Origin: an uncultured Candidatus Binatia bacterium
GTDB taxonomy: Bacteria > Desulfobacterota > Binatia > UBA9968 > JAJDTQ01
DNA: 64,000 bases
Direction of reading: 5' to 3'
Assembly: GCA_965215605.1 (NCBI GenBank)
Contig: OZ244070.1
Span: 320,001 to 384,000, forward strand
Part shown: positions 29,548-37,837 of the stretch, one piece after another
Layout: every line of letters begins with the position of its first letter
How positions within the stretch are numbered: the stretch's first letter is position 1
Made by a program: the position numbers and the translations under genes
The notes under the pieces: generated by a model
What the model was told of the DNA's origin: nothing
What the model saw: the letters and a program-made list of their open reading frames with translations, nothing else
Database searches by the model: none

Positions 29548-29822
29548 TTGAGCCCTTTGGCCAAAAAATCCCGCTCCACCGTCAACTCCCCGATCTTCGC
29601 GTGCAGGTCCCGAACCTCCCCCTCGTGGTCGCCCCTCGTCCGCTCCGCACCCTTCGTGAAAACCTCCTTCATCCCCTCCACCGCACGCTGCTTCCACGTG
29701 CTCACCTGGTTCGGATGAACCTTGTGCCGCACAGCGATCTCCTGGATCGTCTTGTCCCCCCGCAGCGCCTCCAGCGCCACCTTCGCCTTGAACTCTCCGC
29801 TGAACCTTCGTCGTGTGCTCAT
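29541..29822 (-). CDS. IS3 OrfA (HTH) protein
   Basis: RRFSGEFKAKVALEAL..KTIQEIA...VHPNQVSTWK...KIGELTVERDFL. Confidence 0.92.
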   Translation of the reverse strand: MSTRRRFSGEFKAKVALEALRGDKTIQEIAVRHKVHPNQVSTWKQRAVEGMKEVFTKGAERTRGDHEGEVRDLHAKIGELTVERDFLAKGLKW

Positions 29823-29889
29823 TGCGTATCCCTCCCTAAGTCGGTGGAATACACCTTAGTAACCTGTCCGATTTTCCAGGACCACCTCA

Positions 29890-30504
29890 GACGAGGACGA
29901 CGACGGCGCTACCTATGCCAGCCAAACCAGCAATACGAACACCGACACGGGAACATCAACGGATGAAGACAGTGGTTGGAGTCACCATGATCAGCAAGAT
30001 CAGGACTTCTTTCCGGATGAGGACGCTCCGACTACGGACCCGCCAGTCCCGATAGAAGACGAGGACGACCCACTGCCTGAGCAAGTACTCAGGAACGCCG
30101 GATTTGACATAAAACCTGACTACCCATCCACGCCTAAAGATGAGACTGCCGTGGTCTCCTACTTGTCCTCGGAGATTCTGGAGGTTGTCCCCATCGTCAA
30201 GGAAGTCTTCGAAAGACACGAAGTACCGGTCACAATAACGTCAGGTACAGACGGCGCCCACGGAGCTACTTCGTGGCATTACAGTGGCGATGCAATCGAC
30301 ATAAGAGCGAATCACATTAGTGACGGGAAGGCAACGGAAGTGGCAGCGGACCTAAAAGCAGCACTGGCAGAACGTCTGGGGAGCCAATACTATGCGGAAT
30401 TCGAGAAGTACCCTGAGGCCAAGGAAGCCAACGATCACTTCCACATCGAATATGATATCACCGAAAGCCGGGACGCTCCCAGTCGTGACCAGCGCATTGA
30501 CTAG
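29890..30504 (+). pseudogene. 5'-truncated protein: acidic linker plus C-terminal M15/LAS Zn-peptidase domain
   Basis: Frame is open from the IS end (DEDDDGATY...) into ITSGTDGAH..SWHYSGDAIDIR...DHFHIEY (H-x6-D and HxH Zn motifs). Confidence 0.7.
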
Positions 30505-30979
30505 AGCGATTCTCCTGTTCTTCCTTGTGCTGGGGGTTCTGACGCCGTCCACCCTGTTGGCGGAGAGCTGTGCCGAGTACGCCGCCGGCCGGGTGCGCGA
30601 CACCCCGCACGATCGCAAGGCACATTGGTTGTTCTCGAACGAGTCCATATACGCAGCCGGCGATTTCGACGGCGACGGCCGCAGGGACGAAGCCTTCTTC
30701 AGCAAACGCGCCGGAGAATACCATCTGGTAGCTTGCCTGAACGACGGCAAGGAGGCGTTCAAGCTGTATAAAGTCCCTTATGTGACTGAAAGGTTCCTGT
30801 ATGCGATTCCGCCCGACATCTACCTTTCCGCCTGCGCCAAGGGATATGCGTCGGGTTGCAATGAGGACGACCTGGCTGAAGTCGAGTTGGAACACGACGC
30901 CATCATGCTCATCCTAAACGCCGGGGTGATCTTCTACTGGGCGAATGGAGACTTCAGGAAGGTTTGGATATCTGGCTAG
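30497..30979 (+). CDS. Secreted small protein (possible immunity protein)
   Basis: TTG start overlapping the upstream stop (alternative GTG at 30485); signal peptide (AILLFFLVLGVLTPSTLLA); GDFDGDGRRD Ca-blade-like motif; several Cys. Confidence 0.6.
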   Translation: MTRAILLFFLVLGVLTPSTLLAESCAEYAAGRVRDTPHDRKAHWLFSNESIYAAGDFDGDGRRDEAFFSKRAGEYHLVACLNDGKEAFKLYKVPYVTERFLYAIPPDIYLSACAKGYASGCNEDDLAEVELEHDAIMLILNAGVIFYWANGDFRKVWISG

Positions 30980-31103
30980 AACGTTCGCACATGTCGAACA
31001 GCAGACCGCCGGTATAGACGCTTGACAGCCGTTGGCGGCAAGCCGTTTTCGGGTTCGCGGCACGACCGATTTCCTTGCCATCGTTCCGGACCAGGAGGGG
31101 CCA

Positions 31104-32009
31104 ATGCCTAACCTTTTTTGTCGTTCCAAGACTGTTCTCTTCGCCGCCCTCTTGTGCCTGGGCGTAGGCAACGTCGCTGTGGCCAGCGACGCCTCGCTGC
31201 CGTTCCGGGGCGTTGCCGCAGCCGCCGCCGCGGTTCAGCCGGGAGTGAAGGCGCCTGCCTCGTTCTTCGTCGACTGTCCTCTGTGTCCCCAAATGGCGAT
31301 AGTGCCAGCGGGCGCGTTCATCATGGGAGAAGCCGATGGGAAGACCAAGCGGCTCGGCCCTCGACGCCGGGTGCGCATTGCGCGACCCTTTGCGGTGGGC
31401 CGGCTGGAAGTGACCTTCACCCAGTGGAAGGCATGCGTCGAGGCCGGCGGCTGTAGCTCGCTTACTTACAGGGAATCGGTCCGCAACTATCGGCTGAAAA
31501 AGGAAGACCCGGCCCTGTACCGCGCCCCCGTCATGACCGTGAACTGGAAGCAGGCCAAGTCGTATGTCCGGTGGCTCAGCCGTCTGACCGGGCAACACTA
31601 CCGGCTCCTGAGCGAGGCGGAGTGGGAATACGCGGCCCGCGCAGGGACCACCACACGCTGGTTCTGCGGCGACAGTCCTTCGTGTCTGGACAGGGTGGCC
31701 TGGTATGCGGCCAACAGCGGCAACTGGGCGCAGCCTGTCGGCAGCAAGGAGGCCAACCCGTGGGGGCTTCATGACGTTCACGGGAACGCCTGGGAATGGG
31801 TGGAGGACTGCTGGCGCCCGGACTATCGCGGCGCACCGTCGGACGGCAGGGCAGCGACAGCTACGGGGAACTGTGATTGGCGTGTGCTGCGCGGGGGCTC
31901 GTGGGGAAGCACGGCCTGGACGCTGCGTATCGCCAACCGCTTCGGTATCAGTACCCACAGGGGAGCCCTCACGTTCGGATTCCGTGTGGCCCGCACGCTG
32001 GCAGAGTGA
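31104..32009 (+). CDS. Formylglycine-generating enzyme (FGE/SUMF1) family secreted protein
   Basis: Signal peptide, CPQM..VPAGAFIMG, YRLLSEAEWEYAARAG, ANPWGLHDVHGNAWEW, RVLRGGSW and GFRVAR motifs. Confidence 0.92.
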   Translation: MPNLFCRSKTVLFAALLCLGVGNVAVASDASLPFRGVAAAAAAVQPGVKAPASFFVDCPLCPQMAIVPAGAFIMGEADGKTKRLGPRRRVRIARPFAVGRLEVTFTQWKACVEAGGCSSLTYRESVRNYRLKKEDPALYRAPVMTVNWKQAKSYVRWLSRLTGQHYRLLSEAEWEYAARAGTTTRWFCGDSPSCLDRVAWYAANSGNWAQPVGSKEANPWGLHDVHGNAWEWVEDCWRPDYRGAPSDGRAATATGNCDWRVLRGGSWGSTAWTLRIANRFGISTHRGALTFGFRVARTLAE

Positions 32010-32142
32010 CACCTGTCCTTGGAGGTAGATGGAATCACGGAAAGGGTCGATCCATGGCGGAGTCGTTTCGGCACCCGGGCCGCTCGCGACCTGCCGCCGC
32101 CCGTAAAACTGAACCGGTGAAGGAATCCACAGAGGAGACATC

Positions 32143-33117
32143 ATGGAAGAGCTGCCCCCAGCGCTGGACCCCGCGGCATGGAAGCCTGACGACCTCGCCC
32201 GGTCCGAAGCATGGCGCCGCACGTTCACCGGACGCGAGTTGGCGGAGTTGCTGGCAGTGGCGAGGGACAACAATGGAACCGAAGAGCCGCCGGCGCCGCC
32301 TCCCTTGCCCGTTCTCGCGCCCGAGATCGAAAAGACCGCCAACGAGTTGAAGTTGGGCCTGGGCTTCCGCATCCTGCGGGGCCTGCCGGTCAAGGAACTC
32401 GGCAAGGATGGCGTGGGCCCGGCCTTCATGGCGTTGAGCCGCCGACTCGGCACTCCCATGGAACAGCCTGGAGGCGTCAAGCTCGCCCACGTGCGCGCCG
32501 AGCCCCAGGGAAAGGGCAAGGGCCGCTACGGCTTCCGGGCCACCGCCGAGCTTCCCTTCCACGCCGACCTCGAGGACGTCATCGGTTTTCTGTGCGTAAG
32601 ATCCGCTTCCCAGGGAGGAACCCGCAAGTTCGCCAGCGCCGCCACCGTTTACAACGTCATGAGAGAGGAATGCCCCGACCAGTTGCGAGTCCTCACCCAA
32701 CCCTTTCACATGGCACTGCACAGACCGCACCCCGACCACGGCAACAAGTGGACCCGGCTCCCCTTCCTGTGCGTCACGGACGGCCTGTTCAACGCCTGCG
32801 CCTACAGGGTCCATATCAAGCGGGCCCAAGGCCTCCCCGGAGTTCCGGATCTGACCCCGGCGCAGAACAATGCGCTGGCGGCCTTCAACGACGTGGCCGA
32901 CCGTGTATCGGTATCCGTGGACCTCAAGCCGGGTGACATCGAGTACTTCAACAACCACGTCGTCCTGCACACCCGGACACAGTTCTCCGTGGACGGCAAC
33001 GGACCCGGCCGCCATCTTCTGAGGGTGTGGCTTTCGATGACAAATTTCCGAAGGCTCAACCCGGAGCATCACATCAGCCTGAGGGCCAGGATACAGGGTA
33101 ACGAGCAGAGCGCGTAG
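32143..33117 (+). CDS. TauD/TfdA-family Fe/2OG dioxygenase
   Basis: LPFHAD (HxD), LKPGDIEYFNNH.VLH.RT and RHLLRVWL motifs. Confidence 0.85.
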   Translation: MEELPPALDPAAWKPDDLARSEAWRRTFTGRELAELLAVARDNNGTEEPPAPPPLPVLAPEIEKTANELKLGLGFRILRGLPVKELGKDGVGPAFMALSRRLGTPMEQPGGVKLAHVRAEPQGKGKGRYGFRATAELPFHADLEDVIGFLCVRSASQGGTRKFASAATVYNVMREECPDQLRVLTQPFHMALHRPHPDHGNKWTRLPFLCVTDGLFNACAYRVHIKRAQGLPGVPDLTPAQNNALAAFNDVADRVSVSVDLKPGDIEYFNNHVVLHTRTQFSVDGNGPGRHLLRVWLSMTNFRRLNPEHHISLRARIQGNEQSA

Positions 33118-33162
33118 CACAGGCGTGTACCGGCTTCAAACCGGAGGAAATCTCAAGTCGTC

Positions 33163-33918
33163 ATGGATCTCGGCATCAAGGGCAGGCGGGCGCTGATATA
33201 CGGAGGCTCCAAAGGCATCGGACGTGCCGTCGCCGAGGCGCTGGCGGCCGAAGGCGCGGAGTTGGCGGTCTGCGCCCGCAAGGAGTGGGCGGCGCAGAAG
33301 GTCGCGGCCGAGGCGGCGGAGAACAGCGGCGTCAGGGCCAGGGGCTACGGGATCGACGCTTGGGACGAGCAATCGACCGTTGCCCTCATAAGCCGTATTG
33401 TCGAAGATTTCGGCCCCATCGATATCTTGTTCGGGGTCGCCCGGCGGCCGGCGTTGGAGGACAGGAACGCACTCCCTCCGAGTGGCTGGCAAGCCCAACT
33501 CGACAGGGGATTCCTTCGCTTCAAGGCCGCCACGGAAGCGCTTCTCCCTGGCATGCAGGAGCGGCATTGGGGCCGCATCCTCTGGATGATCCCGTGGCGG
33601 GCCGCGGGAACCAGCGTCGAAAGACAACTCTACTCCGTCATGACCGCGGCATTGTCTGCCTGGGTCGAGTCCGCCGCCACGGACCTCGCCAAGGACAATG
33701 TCACCATGAACCTGCTGAGGCCGGCACCGGTGTCGCGGACGGCAGGGATTGGCACTGCTTCCACGCACCACGAGTTTCGGCAGGGCGCCGCCCCCGCGCA
33801 GGCGGACACGACTCTTTCCGTCAGCCAAATCGCCTCCGCGACGGTTTTCCTGCTTGGTGACCCGGCAGGTGCTCTTTGCGGCAAAACCATCGAGCTTGGC
33901 ACCCGCGGGGCCGGCTGA
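33163..33918 (+). CDS. SDR-family oxidoreductase, atypical
   Basis: MDLGIKGRRALI.GGSKGIG Rossmann start; the catalytic YxxxK reads YSVMT. Confidence 0.75.
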   Translation: MDLGIKGRRALIYGGSKGIGRAVAEALAAEGAELAVCARKEWAAQKVAAEAAENSGVRARGYGIDAWDEQSTVALISRIVEDFGPIDILFGVARRPALEDRNALPPSGWQAQLDRGFLRFKAATEALLPGMQERHWGRILWMIPWRAAGTSVERQLYSVMTAALSAWVESAATDLAKDNVTMNLLRPAPVSRTAGIGTASTHHEFRQGAAPAQADTTLSVSQIASATVFLLGDPAGALCGKTIELGTRGAG

Positions 33919-34055
33919 CCCAACGAAGCCGGGGAACGCCGAATCACGCGAACCTGCGTATCCGTTGCCTCGTGAACGGAGTCCCCGTCTTGAGCTTGCC
34001 GGGACAAAGTGGTTAACTCCCCGGGTACTCGAACTTGGGACAAATCAATGGGGTC

Positions 34056-34067
34056 TGTGAACACCCT
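34056..34067 (-). repeat. Right arm of the 12-bp inverted repeat
   Basis: TGTGAACACCCT, reverse complement of 27727-27738. Confidence 0.5.
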
Positions 34068-34087
34068 GTGTCCTCGCGGCTGTTACC

Positions 34088-34978
34088 ATGGCCACCCCTG
34101 AACAAAGCTACTTCGACCCGGCGGTGCTGGCGAGGCTCTCGAACCTGCACCTGAAGGCGCGTTGGGTCGTGGAAGGCGTCATGGCCGGGCTCCACCGGAG
34201 CCGCGCCAAGGGCTTCAGCGTCGAGTTCGAGCAGCACCGCGAGTACGCCCCCGGCGACGAAATCCGGCGCATCGACTGGAAGGCCTTGGGCAAGTTCGAC
34301 CGCTACTTCATCAAGGAATTCGAGGACGAGAGCAACCTCAAGACCCACCTGCTGCTGGACGTCAGCGGCTCCATGGACTACGCGTCGGGCGAGGTCACCA
34401 AGTTCCAGTACGGCTGCATCCTGGTTGCGTCGCTGGCCTACCTCATCCTCAGGCAGCAGGACGCTGCCGGCCTGATCACCTTCTCCGACCGCATCGACTC
34501 GCAACTTCCGCCCAAGGCCACCCGCGGCTACATGGTGGAACTGCTGCAACAGCTCGAAGGCGAGACCACCCGGGGCGAGACCGCGGTGGGCAGGATCCTG
34601 CGGGAGGTGGCCGGCGGCATCCGGCGGCGGGGCCTGGTGGTGCTGGTTTCGGACCTGCTGGACGACGCCGAGTCGGTGCTGCAGGGGTTGCGCCTGTTCC
34701 GCTACAAGGGCAACGACGTGCTGGTCTTCCACGTGATGGACGAGGCTGAGCGGACCCTCCCCTTCTCCGGCAACACGCGGTTCGAGGACATCGAGGACTC
34801 CAGGCTCCGGGTCACCGCCGATCCCAAGGCCATTCAGGCCGAGTATCGCCGGGTGGTGGAGAACCACATCGACACCCTCCGGTCGGGCTGCCACGAGTAC
34901 GCCATCGACTACCAACTGGTCTCCACGGCCACGCCGCTGGACCAGGCGCTGGTGAGCTATCTGAGCTGGAGGAAGTAA
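34088..34978 (+). CDS. DUF58 (vWA-like) protein
   Basis: GLHRS..KGFSVEF..HREY.PGDE.RRIDWK, LLDVSGSM and VSDL motifs. Confidence 0.92.
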   Translation: MATPEQSYFDPAVLARLSNLHLKARWVVEGVMAGLHRSRAKGFSVEFEQHREYAPGDEIRRIDWKALGKFDRYFIKEFEDESNLKTHLLLDVSGSMDYASGEVTKFQYGCILVASLAYLILRQQDAAGLITFSDRIDSQLPPKATRGYMVELLQQLEGETTRGETAVGRILREVAGGIRRRGLVVLVSDLLDDAESVLQGLRLFRYKGNDVLVFHVMDEAERTLPFSGNTRFEDIEDSRLRVTADPKAIQAEYRRVVENHIDTLRSGCHEYAIDYQLVSTATPLDQALVSYLSWRK

Positions 34979-34980
34979 CC

Positions 34981-37080
34981 CTGGCGTTCCTCTACCCACT
35001 GTACCTGGCGGCCTTGGCCGCCGCCGTGATTCCGCTGGCGATCCACCTGCTCAACCGGCGGCAGCAGAGACGCCTGCGCTTCCCGGCGGTGCGCTTCGTG
35101 CTCATCTCGCAACGGCGCGTGGCGCGCACCTACAACCTGCGCAACTGGCTGCTGCTGGCGGTGCGGACGTTGGCGGTCATCTTCCTGGCGCTGCTTCTGG
35201 CGCATCCCCTGTGGGAAACCGGGGCGGGTCTGTCGGCCCGCGGGGCGCCGCTCTCCACCGCCATCATCGTGGACAATTCCCTGAGCATGCAGGTACGCGA
35301 GGAAGGCGCGCCGTTCAGGGAAGCAAAGCAGGCCGCGGGGCGGATCCTGGCAGCGCTGGGCGACCGCGACCGGGCGGCGGTGATCGCCACCAACCCGGTG
35401 GGACGGCGAGAGCCACGGCTCAAGGACTCGCGGGAAACCGTCCTCAAGGACCTCGATCCGCTGGCGGTCACGGCCGGCGCCGCGGACTTCACGGCCGCGC
35501 TTCGCACCGCCTACGGACTGCTGCGGGAGACCGGGGGCCAGAAGGCCCTGTGGGTCGTCACGGACCTGGGATTGTCCGGATGGGACCGCCTGTCGCTGCC
35601 GGCCGTAGGCGAGTACGATCCCACCGTCCCGGTAAAGATCATCACCGTGGGCTCGTCCGAAGCCGGACCCGGCGCCACCATCGACGCCCTCGCGTCCCCG
35701 GCCCTCAACATCGCCCCCGGACTGGACATCGGACTGGTGACTTCCCTCGGGGCCTCCGTCGCGGGAGCCGGCCTGCCGGTGGCCGCCCGGCTCCACATCG
35801 ACGGCAAGGTCCGGGACGAGAAGCAGGTGACCTTGTCGGGGGACGCCGAGTCCACCGTGGACTTCCAGTTCAAGCTGGACCGGCCGGGCAGCCACTCCGG
35901 CTACGTGTCGCTCCACGGGGAAGGCTTGTCGGAGCACCTGCGGCACTACTTCACCCTCCACACTCGGGACCGGTTGAACGTGCTGCTGGTGGACGGCGAC
36001 CCCCAACGGGCGCTGGTGGCCAGCGAGACCTTCTTCCTGAGCCGGGCGCTGAACCCCACCGGTGACGCGGCAAACTCGGTGCTGCTGCCGGAGGTGATCC
36101 TTTCCGGCGCGGTGGGACAGGTCGATCCGGAGGGCTACCAGGCCCTGGTGCTGGCCAACGTCGCCACCCTGCCGCCGCCTTTCGTGGCCAGGCTGGACGC
36201 CTTCGTGGAGGGAGGCGGGGGCCTGTTGCTATCACTGGGCGACCAGGTCGTGGCCGAGGACCACAACCGGGCGCTGTGGAACAACGCCTCGCCTCTCCTT
36301 CCCGGCCCGCTCGGAGAACGCCGGCGGGTGCCCTTGGACCAGAGCGTCACCGTCGGCGAGGTGGATCTCTCGCACCCGGCGCTGGAAGCCTTCGGCGACC
36401 GGCGGCTGCTTGATTCGTTGCGGTCGGCGAAGGTATCGTCGTATTTCCAGGTGTCCCCGGTCGGCGGACGCACCCTGATGCGGCTGAGCAACGGCGACCC
36501 GCTGCTGGTGGAGAAGGAAGTCGGCAAGGGCCGGGTCCTGCTGTGGACCTCCACCGCCGACAGCGCCTGGAACAACCTCCCGCTCAAGACCGGCTACGTG
36601 CCCTTGGTACAGTCCCTGGTGACGCACATGGCGGGCGGAAGCAGCGGCTCCATCGATACCGGGATCATCGCCGGGACGGAGAAACGGTGGTCCACGGAAA
36701 CAGTCCACGCGGGCAAGCGGTTGCGGGTGGTGGACCCCCGCCGGACGGAACGGGAAGTCACGCTGGTGGCCGCCGGCGGAAAGGCTTCCGGGTCCTTCGA
36801 CGGGAACCACTTTGCGGGAGTCTACCGGGTGGTTTCTCCCGGCGGTGACCTGGACATTCCCTCCCTCTACGCGGTGAACCCGCCGCCCATGGAAACGCGC
36901 CTTGGGCGCATGGACGGCGACGAGCTCGCGCGGAAGTTCGGGCCGGTGGACCACGAGGTCCTGTCCGCCGGGGCCCTGTCCGACGGGGGAATCCGCACCG
37001 ACCTCGCGCTGGCCCTGGTGGTGGTGCTGATCCTCACGCTGCTGTTCGAGGGCTGGCTGGGGCAACGGAACTATGAATAG
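34981..37080 (+). CDS. BatA/vWA-domain membrane protein, probable CTG start
   Basis: (L)AFLYPLYL...IPLAIHLLNR...FPAVRF...LLLAVRTLA BatA N-terminus; DNSLSM MIDAS motif; GATase-like middle region; C-terminal LLFEGWL. Confidence 0.85.
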   Translation: MAFLYPLYLAALAAAVIPLAIHLLNRRQQRRLRFPAVRFVLISQRRVARTYNLRNWLLLAVRTLAVIFLALLLAHPLWETGAGLSARGAPLSTAIIVDNSLSMQVREEGAPFREAKQAAGRILAALGDRDRAAVIATNPVGRREPRLKDSRETVLKDLDPLAVTAGAADFTAALRTAYGLLRETGGQKALWVVTDLGLSGWDRLSLPAVGEYDPTVPVKIITVGSSEAGPGATIDALASPALNIAPGLDIGLVTSLGASVAGAGLPVAARLHIDGKVRDEKQVTLSGDAESTVDFQFKLDRPGSHSGYVSLHGEGLSEHLRHYFTLHTRDRLNVLLVDGDPQRALVASETFFLSRALNPTGDAANSVLLPEVILSGAVGQVDPEGYQALVLANVATLPPPFVARLDAFVEGGGGLLLSLGDQVVAEDHNRALWNNASPLLPGPLGERRRVPLDQSVTVGEVDLSHPALEAFGDRRLLDSLRSAKVSSYFQVSPVGGRTLMRLSNGDPLLVEKEVGKGRVLLWTSTADSAWNNLPLKTGYVPLVQSLVTHMAGGSSGSIDTGIIAGTEKRWSTETVHAGKRLRVVDPRRTEREVTLVAAGGKASGSFDGNHFAGVYRVVSPGGDLDIPSLYAVNPPPMETRLGRMDGDELARKFGPVDHEVLSAGALSDGGIRTDLALALVVVLILTLLFEGWLGQRNYE

Positions 37081-37831
37081 ACGGAGCTTCCTGCAATGCC
37101 TCCTGGGGGCCGCCGCCTGGGGGTTGCCCGCGGCGCTCCCGGCGGCGGAGCCCGGGCGGCGCATTCAGTTCGTCTTCGCGCAAGTGCGCTACCGCGGCGG
37201 CGACTGGGACCCGCGTCCCCGCGCCGTGACCCCGCTCATGGAAGAGCTCATGCGCCGCACCAGCGTCACGGCAGCCCCGGAACGCCGGGTGGTGAGACTG
37301 ACCGACCCCGAGCTGTTCTCGCACCCGTTTCTGTACATGGCCGGAAAGTACGACTTCCAGCCGTTCTCCGAGGAGGAGGTCCGGAACCTGCGGCGCTTCC
37401 TCTCCTTCGGCGGGTTCCTGCTGGCCGACAACACCCTCGGGCAGCTTGGATACGGCTTCGACCGGCGCTTCCGGGCGGAGATGCAACGGGTTTTGCCCGG
37501 ACGGGAGATGCGGAAGATCCCCTTGACCCACGCGCTGCTGCGGAGCTACTACCTGCTCCGCCGGGTGGGCGGGCGGACGGCCACCAGCTCCTACCTCGAG
37601 GGAATCCAGCTCGGCGAGACCACGCCCGTGGTCTATTGCCACAACGACCTGGCCGGCGCCTGGGAACGGGACGGGCTCGGACGCTGGAGCCACCCCTGCG
37701 TTCCCAACGGCGAGGAGCAGCGGCGCGACGCCTTCCACCTCGGGGTGAACCTGATCCTCTACTCCATGACCGGTAACTACAAGCAGGACCTGATCCACGT
37801 GCCGTTCATCCGCCGGCGGCTCACGCAGTAG
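37073..37831 (+). CDS. DUF4159-domain protein with Tat-like signal
   Basis: MNRRSFL signal; GGDWD, PFLYMAG, LRRFL..GGFLLAD, NDL..AW and GVNLILY motifs. Confidence 0.85.
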   Translation: MNRRSFLQCLLGAAAWGLPAALPAAEPGRRIQFVFAQVRYRGGDWDPRPRAVTPLMEELMRRTSVTAAPERRVVRLTDPELFSHPFLYMAGKYDFQPFSEEEVRNLRRFLSFGGFLLADNTLGQLGYGFDRRFRAEMQRVLPGREMRKIPLTHALLRSYYLLRRVGGRTATSSYLEGIQLGETTPVVYCHNDLAGAWERDGLGRWSHPCVPNGEEQRRDAFHLGVNLILYSMTGNYKQDLIHVPFIRRRLTQ

Positions 37832-37837
37832 GATGCC

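Larger units (their letters stand above)
28558..29889 (-). mobile_element. IS3-family insertion sequence (1332 bp)
   Basis: Terminal IRs TGAGGTGGTCCTGG / CCAGGACCACCTCA (TG...CA ends); orfA/orfB arrangement; no flanking target duplication seen. Confidence 0.95.

Noticed and set aside
28440-29900. Target-site duplication for the IS3 element
   Set aside because: The 3-4 bp flanks on either side do not match for either left boundary.
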